Assembly (NCBI GenBank): GCA_964431825.1
Contig: CAYSLN010000002.1
Location: 1 to 37,404, forward strand
Length of the DNA: 37,404 bases
Origin: an uncultured Pirellulales bacterium
GTDB lineage: Bacteria; Planctomycetota; Phycisphaerae; Sedimentisphaerales; Anaerobacaceae
Direction of reading: 5' to 3'
Below the pieces are notes generated by a model that was not told where the DNA came from, searched no databases, and saw only the letters and a list, made by a program, of their open reading frames with translations. Below are positions 1 through 8,243 of the stretch, piece after piece. Every line of letters starts with the position of its first letter. Position 1 is the first letter of the stretch. Made by a program: the position numbers and the translations under genes.

Positions 1-360
1 AAGATAGAAAAGGCCATTTCAAACAGTCCCGATTTTGCCAATTGGACCAAGGCTTTATTTCGCAGCGCATCACAAAATGAGGTTCCGACCGTACCTTATG
101 GCCTCATTGCTAAACGTCGATTAAAAGCAAATACTGTGATTGGTCCGAATATGGTAGGCCCTGCCAAACCATGGGTTTTGCTGAAGCGCAATCAAAACGT
201 TGTTATTAAAGTTGACAGACTTGGGCTTTTTATTACAGCCCTTGGAAAGGCTAAGCAGGACGGACAGGTCGGCGAATACATAGAAGTGCAGAATTTGGAC
301 TCGCAGCGGATAATTCTGGCTAAAGTTAATGAAGACGGAACTGTAGAACCTGTTTTTTAG
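1..360 (+). CDS. flgA: Flagellar basal-body P-ring formation chaperone FlgA, 5'-truncated by the window edge
   Basis: Frame 1 is open from base 1 to the TAG at 358-360, so the start lies upstream of the window. The C-terminal pattern VVIKV..G.FITALGKA.QDGQVGEYIEVQNL.S.RI..AKV..DGTV is typical of the FlgA C-terminal domain. The gene lies directly upstream of flgH-flgI. Confidence 0.7.
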   Translation, partial: KIEKAISNSPDFANWTKALFRSASQNEVPTVPYGLIAKRRLKANTVIGPNMVGPAKPWVLLKRNQNVVIKVDRLGLFITALGKAKQDGQVGEYIEVQNLDSQRIILAKVNEDGTVEPVF

Positions 361-372
361 AAAGAGAAAAAT

Positions 373-1002
373 ATGAAGAATAGAACTATGTTAATGTTTG
401 TCTTGATGTCTCTTATGCTCTGTTTGGGCAATTGCACACAAGCAGGGTCTATCTGGTCCCAAAGGGATAGAAATATGAGGGACTTGTACGCTGATGATGT
501 GGCTCGCCAGATAGGTGATGTCCTAACCATAAAGATATCGGAGGACAGCAAGATAGACAACAAGGCAAAGAGAGATCTGAAAAAAGAGACCGACAGGTCA
601 ACTACTTTTGATGGTAACCTCGGTATTAAAACCAACAAAAGCAACCTCATACCGAGAATGCCTGGATTTACCATGTCGGCTGACTCCAGCAATGAGCTAA
701 AGGGAAAAGCTGATTACAAAGACGAACGCAAATTCGTTGATAGCATCACCGTGGTCGTCGAGGATATCCTGCCAAACGGTAACCTTGTAGTTATGGGGAC
801 TCGCAATCGTAATATTAGCGGCGACAAACAAATCATTAAAGTAAGCGGTATAGTTCGGCCAAGTGATATTGCGTTTGATAATACAGTCAAAAGCGAACAA
901 GTTGCAAATTTCTGTATTATCACCACGCTTGGAGGTGTTTCGGAACCTTATAACAGGCCAGGCTGGCTTGGACGGATATTTGATATCATCTGGCCATTTT
1001 AG
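373..1002 (+). CDS. flgH: Flagellar L-ring lipoprotein FlgH
   Basis: Lipoprotein-type signal with a lipobox (LMLCLGNC). FlgH core blocks are present: GDVLTIKISE, ITVVVEDILPNGNLVVMG, KVSGIVRPSDI..N.V.SEQVAN. Confidence 0.9.
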   Translation: MKNRTMLMFVLMSLMLCLGNCTQAGSIWSQRDRNMRDLYADDVARQIGDVLTIKISEDSKIDNKAKRDLKKETDRSTTFDGNLGIKTNKSNLIPRMPGFTMSADSSNELKGKADYKDERKFVDSITVVVEDILPNGNLVVMGTRNRNISGDKQIIKVSGIVRPSDIAFDNTVKSEQVANFCIITTLGGVSEPYNRPGWLGRIFDIIWPF

Positions 1003-1051
1003 AGTCAGCCTGCCGACAGCAATGTGGAATTATTTTTGAGAGTTCAGTAAC

Positions 1052-2158
1052 ATGAAATTTCGTTCAACAATTTTATTATTAATCCTGCTGAGTGCAGTTG
1101 AAGTCGGACAATGTGAGCGAATAAAGGATATCGTCGATATTCAGGGGGTGAGGAGTAACCCGCTTAGCGGGATTGGGCTAGTTATAGGTCTGGCTGACAC
1201 TGGCGACACCACTTTGCCGTCACAGCAGATGCTGACGAATATCCTGAGAGATTCAGGGTTGGTACTTTCTCCCGATGATTTGACAGGCGGCAATATCGCC
1301 ATGGTTATGGTGACAGCGGAGCTGGGACCCTTTGCTCGTGAGGCCTCACGTATTGATGTTGACGTCTCTTCCATAGGAGATGCCAAAAGCCTTCAAGGTG
1401 GAATGCTCTTGCCTACACCGCTAAAAGGTCTTGATGGTCAGATTTATGCAGAAGCCCACGGAGGAGTTTTCATCGGTGGCTGGTCGGTATCCGGCAAACA
1501 AGCCTCTATCACGAAGAACCATCAGACGGTCGGTCGAATACCTGGAGGCGCCGTTGTCGAAAAGTCAGAAATTGCCACTTTTGTTGAACACATTGCCGAT
1601 GATAGGTTTATCACGCTTAATCTTAGAAACAACGATTTCTCAACCGCCGAGCATATCAGTAACGCAATAAACCAGAATTATTCAAACAGTGCAGTAGTTG
1701 TTGATGCCGGTACTATTACAGTCAAGATACCCAATCAAATTGACCAGACGGGCATAGCAGGTTTTATCGTCGATATTACCCACCTTGAAGTAAGTGTTGA
1801 TGTCCCTGCGATAGTAGTTATTAACGAACGTACCGGTACGATTGTGGTTGGAGAGAATGTCGGTATTTCTGCAGTGGCGATCTCCCAGGGTGGCTTGATT
1901 GTGAAAGTCAAGGAACAGAAAAACGTTTCCCAGCCGACAGCGGCGTTTTCCGAGGGCGCAACGACAGAAGTTACTGATGAGACCCTATTAGGGGTCCAAG
2001 AAAAAGATGGGTATCTGGTCCCGGTTTCCAGAGTAGTTACTGTCTCAGAGTTGGCTAAAGCTCTCAACGCAATAGGAGCAACACCGCGGGATCTTATAGC
2101 GATATTCAATGCTTTGAAAAAGGCAGGGGCCCTCCAGGCTAAGCTGGAAATAATGTAG
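1052..2158 (+). CDS. flgI: Flagellar P-ring protein FlgI
   Basis: Signal peptide followed by RIKDIVDIQGVRSNPL.GIGLVIGL..TGD and LQGGMLL.TPLKG.DG.IYA.A.G. The C-terminal LAKALNAIGATPRDLIAIFNALKKAGALQAKLEIM is a hallmark FlgI motif. Confidence 0.93.
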   Translation: MKFRSTILLLILLSAVEVGQCERIKDIVDIQGVRSNPLSGIGLVIGLADTGDTTLPSQQMLTNILRDSGLVLSPDDLTGGNIAMVMVTAELGPFAREASRIDVDVSSIGDAKSLQGGMLLPTPLKGLDGQIYAEAHGGVFIGGWSVSGKQASITKNHQTVGRIPGGAVVEKSEIATFVEHIADDRFITLNLRNNDFSTAEHISNAINQNYSNSAVVVDAGTITVKIPNQIDQTGIAGFIVDITHLEVSVDVPAIVVINERTGTIVVGENVGISAVAISQGGLIVKVKEQKNVSQPTAAFSEGATTEVTDETLLGVQEKDGYLVPVSRVVTVSELAKALNAIGATPRDLIAIFNALKKAGALQAKLEIM

Positions 2159-2168
2159 GAATAGTTTT

Positions 2169-2513
2169 ATGCATAGCGCCAAATTAATATCGACCGAAGC
2201 GGCTTCGCCTCAGGCACAACTGGAGAAGATAGAGAAAATAAACAGTGCTCCAGAAGCGAAGAAAAAACAATTCGCCAAGGATTTTGAATCTGTCTTTATT
2301 AACAAGCTGCTCGACGAAATGAAAAATACTATCGGAGATTGGGGCTTAGAGAGAGATGGAACTTCCAAGCAAGTTGAGGACATATTCTGGTTATACCTAG
2401 CTCGCGATATTGCAAACAACGGCGGCTTTGGGATGTGGAAGGACATATATCAGTTCTTAACTGATTCAGGACATAAAAATACAGTAGCAGAATCGTTAGA
2501 CGAAAATTTATGA
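2169..2513 (+). CDS. flgJ: FlgJ-like rod-binding protein (Rod_binding domain only, no peptidoglycan hydrolase domain)
   Basis: 114 aa with the motif AKDFESVFINKLLDEMKNT, characteristic of the FlgJ N-terminal rod-binding domain. It follows flgI. No muramidase domain can fit in this ORF length. Confidence 0.7.
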   Translation: MHSAKLISTEAASPQAQLEKIEKINSAPEAKKKQFAKDFESVFINKLLDEMKNTIGDWGLERDGTSKQVEDIFWLYLARDIANNGGFGMWKDIYQFLTDSGHKNTVAESLDENL

Positions 2514-3031
2514 AACCAGCGGTGATTAAAATAGAAAATAAAGTTGACCAGTTGATGGACGTTCTTGATAGGGATATCCAGCACGTCCAGGATACTCTGT
2601 CGAGGTTGAATGAGCTCCGTGGTCTGGTTATCAAACGGGACGATGCATCCTTGGGTAAGCTGCTCGAGAGCATCAGAAGTGAAACAGACAGCTACAAAGA
2701 CATCGAATCGAAACGGCAATCGCTTCGAGAAGAATTGGCGATTGCTTTGGGCTGTGACATCGGGCAAATGACATTATCCAGACTCGAAGCTGAGTTATCC
2801 GGGGGGAAAAAAGCTGGAGTAACTGAGAGAAGAGCAAAATTACAGACATTAGCCGGTAAACTTAAGAAGGAACATTTACGTACGACGATGCTTTTGTCAG
2901 ATTGTGCCAGGTTCAACGGTGTGCTTTTAAAGAGCGTTCTTGAACTTGGTCAAGCAGGGACAATTACATACAGTCCAAGTGGTTCCACCGAACGCCAAAC
3001 TGACTCGGCTTTTGTGAATTTACGGTTTTAA
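2510..3031 (+). CDS. FlgN-like flagellar export chaperone (putative)
   Basis: 173-aa helical protein whose start overlaps the flgJ stop by 4 nt (ATGA). It lies immediately upstream of flgK-flgL, the canonical flgN position. The heptad-like L/E/R-rich N-terminal half resembles the FlgN family. Assignment is by position and composition only. Confidence 0.5.
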   Translation: MKPAVIKIENKVDQLMDVLDRDIQHVQDTLSRLNELRGLVIKRDDASLGKLLESIRSETDSYKDIESKRQSLREELAIALGCDIGQMTLSRLEAELSGGKKAGVTERRAKLQTLAGKLKKEHLRTTMLLSDCARFNGVLLKSVLELGQAGTITYSPSGSTERQTDSAFVNLRF

Positions 3032-3058
3032 GACACACTGTTTGATTGGATTTAGGCG

Positions 3059-5050
3059 ATGTCGAATTTCAGCATAGGTATTAGCGGTCTTGATGCTGCC
3101 AAGAAGGCACTTGACGTAATTGGTAATAATATTGCAAATGCAGCTACCGAGGGCTACCACCGCCAAAGAATAGATTTTTCACCGGCCTATTCATCGCAGC
3201 AGGGATCGATTTTGCTCGGTGGAGGCGTCGATGTCAAAAGCATAACAAGAATGATCGATAATCTTCTAGAGCAGGAGATACTTCGGCAACAGTCGGTCTT
3301 AGAGCAGGTTTCCCAGGAATTTGGCACGCTGAGCACGGTTGAAAATGCATTCGGAGAGCTTTCCACAGAAGAAGGTGGTTTGAATGCAGCGATAGATAAA
3401 TTCTTCAATTCACTGCAAGACCTTACTTCTCACCCGGGAGAGATTATCTGGCAGAATCAGATTGTTAGCGATGCAAAGGCTATGGCTGATCAGTTTAGGA
3501 CGATAGGAGAATTTCTGAGTACCCTAGAGAATCAGATTCAGTTAGAAGTCGAAAATACTGTTGACTCTATCAACACTCTGACAAGCCAGATTGCTGAGCT
3601 CAATAGTAAAATAGAATCGATTCAGTTAAGGGGTGGGGATGCCAACACTATGAGCGATCAGAGGGACCAGTGTATATCAGAACTGTCCAAGTTGATTGGC
3701 ATCCAGACACTAAGTAGAAATTACGGCGTGGTTGATGTAAGTGCAGGAAAAATACCACTTGTAATGAATGCTTTTGCAAATGTACTGGAGGCTGGTTTGG
3801 ATGAAAGTAGTAGTTTGGGTCTTTCTATTGCAGGCTCATCAAATTATATCACAGATATACAAGGCGGAAAAATTGGCGGATTATTATCGCTAAAAAACGA
3901 GCTCGTCTCTGATATTCATACTAATCTGGACTCTTTAGCAACAGCGATAATACAACAGATAAATCAATACCATGTTCAGGGAGTTGGTTCAGAAGGTTCT
4001 TTTAGCGAATTGACAGGCTGGAAAAATTCAAGTGAAGACTTATCTGATTTTAGTACTATAAGTGACGGCACAATATATATAAGGGTTATCAATACCGACA
4101 CTGGTGTAATAACACGTGAGTCAATTGCTATTGATGCAGATGACAACGATTCAGGTTATGATACCTTAAGCGAGATAGCCACAGTTATTTCGGCTATCAC
4201 CGGCCTGGGTGCTTCGGTGAATTCTTCGAATCAACTGACGATCACGGCCGACACAGGCTATCAATATGATTTTTTACCCGCGGTACTATCGTCACCTGAA
4301 ACGGCCGCTATTGACTTCAACGGAACATCGGATCCAACAGTGGCCGTCTCAGGTATTTATACAGGCAGTTCAAATGACACTCTAACATTTACAGTCTCAG
4401 GCACGGGCAATGTCGGGGTTAAGGATTCCCTCACACTTATAGTAAAAGACAGTGCCCTAAACACGATTGATACCATTAATATCGGTTCCGGCTATGCCGC
4501 AGGGGATAAGATTGTTGTTGGCAATACTGGAATCAAGATATCTCTTAGCACAGGTGATTTGGCTGATGAGGATTCTTTCAGCATTGATGTTTTTGCTAAC
4601 ACCGATACTTCAGGCGTTCTTGCTACCGTTGGAATCAACACCTTTTTTTCCGGCAGTGCTGCTGTGGATATTGCCGTTTGCTCGGATATATCTGCTAATC
4701 CAAAACGAGTGGCAACAGCTCTTGGGGCGGAGATGACCGACAATGCCAACGCCGTACGAATGGCAGATTTGAAGGATGTGGCCATAAGCAGTTTGAGCTC
4801 ATTAACATGTGGAGAATTTTATCGTCAGCTGATTACTGACATTGGCCAACAACTCTCCGTCAAACAAATGCGTCAAGACAATATCGAGGTTATGGTACTG
4901 AATCTTGCGAACCAACAAAGTGAAGTGAGCGGCGTTGACATTAACGATGAAGCAGCCCAGCTATTAGTTTATGAACAGATGTTTCAGGCAATGGCCAAAT
5001 ATATGAATACAATTAACTCATCACTATCAAGTATTATTGAACTAATATAA
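3059..5050 (+). CDS. flgK: Flagellar hook-associated protein 1, FlgK
   Basis: The N-terminus MSNFSIGISGLDAAKKALDVIGNNIANAATEGYHRQR matches the flagellar basal-body rod / FlgK N-domain. The C-terminus GVDINDEAAQLLVYEQMFQAMAKYMNTINS is the typical FlgK C-terminal helix. Confidence 0.9.
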   Translation: MSNFSIGISGLDAAKKALDVIGNNIANAATEGYHRQRIDFSPAYSSQQGSILLGGGVDVKSITRMIDNLLEQEILRQQSVLEQVSQEFGTLSTVENAFGELSTEEGGLNAAIDKFFNSLQDLTSHPGEIIWQNQIVSDAKAMADQFRTIGEFLSTLENQIQLEVENTVDSINTLTSQIAELNSKIESIQLRGGDANTMSDQRDQCISELSKLIGIQTLSRNYGVVDVSAGKIPLVMNAFANVLEAGLDESSSLGLSIAGSSNYITDIQGGKIGGLLSLKNELVSDIHTNLDSLATAIIQQINQYHVQGVGSEGSFSELTGWKNSSEDLSDFSTISDGTIYIRVINTDTGVITRESIAIDADDNDSGYDTLSEIATVISAITGLGASVNSSNQLTITADTGYQYDFLPAVLSSPETAAIDFNGTSDPTVAVSGIYTGSSNDTLTFTVSGTGNVGVKDSLTLIVKDSALNTIDTINIGSGYAAGDKIVVGNTGIKISLSTGDLADEDSFSIDVFANTDTSGVLATVGINTFFSGSAAVDIAVCSDISANPKRVATALGAEMTDNANAVRMADLKDVAISSLSSLTCGEFYRQLITDIGQQLSVKQMRQDNIEVMVLNLANQQSEVSGVDINDEAAQLLVYEQMFQAMAKYMNTINSSLSSIIELI

Positions 5051-5078
5051 ACGGCCTCGACTTATTCTAAGGAACCCT

Positions 5079-6266
5079 ATGGGCGAAACACTGAGTAATA
5101 CTCACAATAATGTCAGCTTTGCATTGAAACTGCACTACAAGGAGATGGCTCGCCTGCAGGAACAGGCATATACCGGCTCACGGGTAAATCGAGCCTCAGA
5201 TGACCCATCTGCCGCTTATAGGATTTTAGGGCTAAATTCTCAGCAAAGACTGCTGGAAAATTATATGGACAATATTTCCGAGGCTATCAGCATACTGGAG
5301 ATTTCCAGCTCTGTTATCGAAGACATGGCATCAGCAATTTCTGATGCAAAGGTTTATTTGACTCAGATTATCAGTGGCACATATGATGAAGATGGACGCC
5401 AGAGACTTGCGGAACAAATCAACGATACCCTGGAACATATGGTTTCTTTAGCAAATACCGAACATTTGGGCCAGTACCTTTTTGGCGGAAGTAGTACAGG
5501 TTCAGCACCTTATGCAGTGCAGCGTACTAATGGAGAAATCACGAGTGTAACATATCAAGGAAGTTTTCAGCAGCGAGATATAGAAGTGGCCCCCGGGGTT
5601 CAATCCAACGCTTATCATGTAGGTGAAGACATTTTTTGTTCTAACAACCGAAGTACACCGGTGTTTCTGGGCGATACCGGCGCTGCATCTGGTTTGGGAA
5701 CATCAAGCGTTAAAGGCGATGCCTGGCTGACTGTAACTCATGATGGCAGCAATTATAAACTCTCTATTGACGATGGGACCACCGAAGTTACTGTTCCGTC
5801 AAGCGGAGATATCAGTAATATTGCGGTCACAAATTCAAGCGGAGAAGTTTTATATATAGATGCTACAAATATAGGCAGCACTGGTGTAGACATGGTTAGT
5901 GTTCCGGGAACATACGACGTATTTAACACTCTTATTAGTGTCAGGGATCTGCTGGAAAACGAAAGAGGTCTCTCAAATACTCAATTAGCACAGTGCCGAG
6001 AGAGGTTATCAAATTCATTGGACGAGGTAAGGAACCTTCTAACAGAAAAAACGATTTCTGTGGGGGCTAAAATCGGATTTATCGATAACCTTAAAGACTC
6101 TCTTGAGAATATAAAATTCGATACGGAGGATGAAGCCACTATATTACAGGAGGCTGACATTGCCCAGGTTGCTATAGATATTTCACAGCGTGAAGTTCTA
6201 TATCAAATGTCGTTGTCAGTGGCCGCAAAACTTATGTCCATGTCCCTTCTGGATTTTATTGAATAG
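5079..6266 (+). CDS. flgL: Flagellar hook-associated protein 3, FlgL
   Basis: Flagellin-like N-domain (LQEQAYTGSRVNRASDDPSAAYRILGL) and C-terminal helix (EADIAQVAIDISQREVLYQMSLSVAAKLMSMSLLDFI). It follows flgK. Confidence 0.85.
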   Translation: MGETLSNTHNNVSFALKLHYKEMARLQEQAYTGSRVNRASDDPSAAYRILGLNSQQRLLENYMDNISEAISILEISSSVIEDMASAISDAKVYLTQIISGTYDEDGRQRLAEQINDTLEHMVSLANTEHLGQYLFGGSSTGSAPYAVQRTNGEITSVTYQGSFQQRDIEVAPGVQSNAYHVGEDIFCSNNRSTPVFLGDTGAASGLGTSSVKGDAWLTVTHDGSNYKLSIDDGTTEVTVPSSGDISNIAVTNSSGEVLYIDATNIGSTGVDMVSVPGTYDVFNTLISVRDLLENERGLSNTQLAQCRERLSNSLDEVRNLLTEKTISVGAKIGFIDNLKDSLENIKFDTEDEATILQEADIAQVAIDISQREVLYQMSLSVAAKLMSMSLLDFIE

Positions 6267-6471
6267 ATTGGGGTAGTGCAAAAAATTACGAAAGAAAGAC
6301 TATACCGGATGATTGACGAAGTTATTTGAAACTGCTGTGGAAAAACGACCATGGTGACTTTAGTCAAAACAAGCCCATGAAGAATACAGGACATACAACA
6401 ATCTGTTTAATATCTTTACAAACATCGCAGGCAGAGTTGTGGAATCGCAAAAAAACGTCCATGTAATCTAT

Positions 6472-6487
6472 TGGCACGAAATTTGCG
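6472..6487 (+). promoter_or_regulatory. sigma54 (-24/-12) promoter, TGGCACGAAATTTGCG
   Basis: Exact TGGCAC-N5-TTGC with GG-N10-GC spacing. It sits in a 307-nt intergenic region about 90 nt upstream of the GTG start at 6574, which has a GGGAG Shine-Dalgarno at 6561-6565. Confidence 0.7.
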
Positions 6488-6573
6488 TACAAAATAGTAG
6501 TTGGATTTTGAAAGGCTGTAATTTGACTATGAGTTTATAAGGAACATAATAGATTACATAGGGAGCACTACAA

Positions 6574-7098
6574 GTGACAATCGATACAAATTCGAAAGAG
6601 AAATCACAAACACAAAACGATGCGGGAAGCCCGAATGATTACCAGAAAGCTTTGGAATTGGCCGAAACAGGCAGACACAAGGAAGCTCTTGGGTATATTC
6701 AAAAATATCTTGGTTCATCTCCAAACGATGCAGAAGCTCTGAATGATATTGGAGCAATTCTTCATTGCCTAGACCGCTCGGACGAGGCCATCGAGCATCT
6801 TGTAAAAGCGAGAAACCTACAGCCCGACTCGGCGGAAATAATCTGGAATTTATCTGAAACGTATTTGGCCGTAGGTAAAGCGACCGAAGCAATGGAGCTT
6901 TTCGACGATATGGAGCGGATGGGTATATTGAATGCAGACATGCTTAACAGAACCGCTAATGTACTTCTAAGCGAGGATAATCTATCTGATGCAGTTAAAA
7001 TGCTGAACTGGTCATTAGAGCTTTGTCCTGATCAGAAAATTATCCACCCGATGATTGAAGTAATTCGCCATAAAATGGCAGAGAATAACTGCCAATGA
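6574..7098 (+). CDS. Small cytoplasmic all-TPR protein, function unknown
   Basis: 174 aa with no signal peptide. It contains repeated 34-residue TPR-like units (A..L.....G....A...Y.KAL...P...EA). GTG start with a GGGAG SD 8 nt upstream. It is the first gene after a sigma54 promoter. Confidence 0.75.
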   Translation: MTIDTNSKEKSQTQNDAGSPNDYQKALELAETGRHKEALGYIQKYLGSSPNDAEALNDIGAILHCLDRSDEAIEHLVKARNLQPDSAEIIWNLSETYLAVGKATEAMELFDDMERMGILNADMLNRTANVLLSEDNLSDAVKMLNWSLELCPDQKIIHPMIEVIRHKMAENNCQ

Positions 7099-7177
7099 AA
7101 ACATAGTAACTGTAGACTTTTTCAAAGTTGGTTAACGAATTAGAGCTGAATAAATATTCGAAGAAAGCCAATCAGGT

Positions 7178-7816
7178 ATGGATAAAAAAAAGAATGGCGT
7201 CATTGGGCAGGATAATACAATCCAACGCTACGAAGAATTACAGAAATTAGGCGACCATTATACTTCGGTTGGTAATTATACCCAGGCACAACAGTGTTAT
7301 GGAAAAGCAGCATCACTGAGCCCTGATGAGCCTAACCCTTACGTAGGGCTTGGAGTAGTTGCTTTTCAAAAGAATCTTTTGGATGATGCCGAGATAGCCT
7401 TTAGAGTGGCTTGTCGGCTTGACCCTGATTGTTCCAGGGCCTATGCCGGTCTGGCTATGGTAGCACAGGAAAGAGCCGACTATGAGAAGGCTTTTGAGAT
7501 GTATCTTAAATGTCTGGAGTTGGATACAGACAACCTGGCAGCTCTTTTGGGCTTGTTCCAAACCTCCTGCCAGATGGGTTCTTTTGCGAAAGTCATCCAC
7601 TATCTCGAGATGTATCTGAGTATGCACCCGGATGATAGCTCTGTTATGTTCTCTTTGGCAGCGCTTTATGTGAAAGAAGACCGCTTTGAACAATCCAGAA
7701 AAATGCTTATGGATATTTTAACATTGGACCCCGGAAATAAAGATGCCATCAACCTCTTAGAGGAAGTTGATCGAAACTTAGCCCGGACGAAACAGGCAGG
7801 AGTTCAGATTCTGTGA
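7178..7816 (+). CDS. Cytoplasmic TPR protein, function unknown
   Basis: 212 aa with no signal peptide and several TPR units (e.g. YVGLGVVAFQKNLLDDAEIAFRVACRLDPDCSRAYAGLA, YEKAFEMYLKCLELDTDN). Confidence 0.75.
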   Translation: MDKKKNGVIGQDNTIQRYEELQKLGDHYTSVGNYTQAQQCYGKAASLSPDEPNPYVGLGVVAFQKNLLDDAEIAFRVACRLDPDCSRAYAGLAMVAQERADYEKAFEMYLKCLELDTDNLAALLGLFQTSCQMGSFAKVIHYLEMYLSMHPDDSSVMFSLAALYVKEDRFEQSRKMLMDILTLDPGNKDAINLLEEVDRNLARTKQAGVQIL

Positions 7817-8124
7817 ACACAGATGAACAAATGCGTCTATTGGATAATCTACAGAGCTTGTTAGAAAAGCAAATAGAAATGGTCCGCAGAAGCAATTTTC
7901 GCAGTGTTGAAGCGCTAGCCGAGCAAGCTGATTCTATCGTTGAGGAAATAGTTAAAACAAAGGCGTTTGAACAACCTGATTTCGATAGTAAGCGGGAGCA
8001 TTTAACGAAATTATACAAAAAACTGGAACTGATGCTCGCAAGCGGGAAAGATTCTGTTGGAAGACAACTAAATCAGGTTAGCAGCGTCCGAAAAACCATT
8101 CACGCATATGGCAAAAATGCCTAA
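7813..8124 (+). CDS. Small helical protein, possible FliT/FlgN-type export chaperone
   Basis: 103 aa. The GTG start overlaps the stop of the upstream TPR gene by 4 nt; an alternative ATG lies at 7831. Composition is all-helical and L/E/K-rich. It sits just upstream of fliD. The functional call rests on position and composition only. Confidence 0.45.
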   Translation: MNTDEQMRLLDNLQSLLEKQIEMVRRSNFRSVEALAEQADSIVEEIVKTKAFEQPDFDSKREHLTKLYKKLELMLASGKDSVGRQLNQVSSVRKTIHAYGKNA

Positions 8125-8243
8125 CTCAAACTTGGTACTTAAGTCCGAGGTGTTTTGTTCGAAAATAACTAAGTAAGGACTACAAAAGAACCATATGCTG
8201 CTGTTGACGGTATAAATACAAGGTTGGGATAAGGAAGCGAAGT

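Noticed and set aside
8125-8243. Search for a dedicated fliD promoter in the 119-nt gap upstream of fliD.
   Set aside because: TGGTAC-TTAAG-TCCG lacks the -12 TTGC element. No GCCGATAA-like -10 is present, and the sigma70-like hexamers are weak. fliD is more simply read as co-transcribed from the promoter at 6472.
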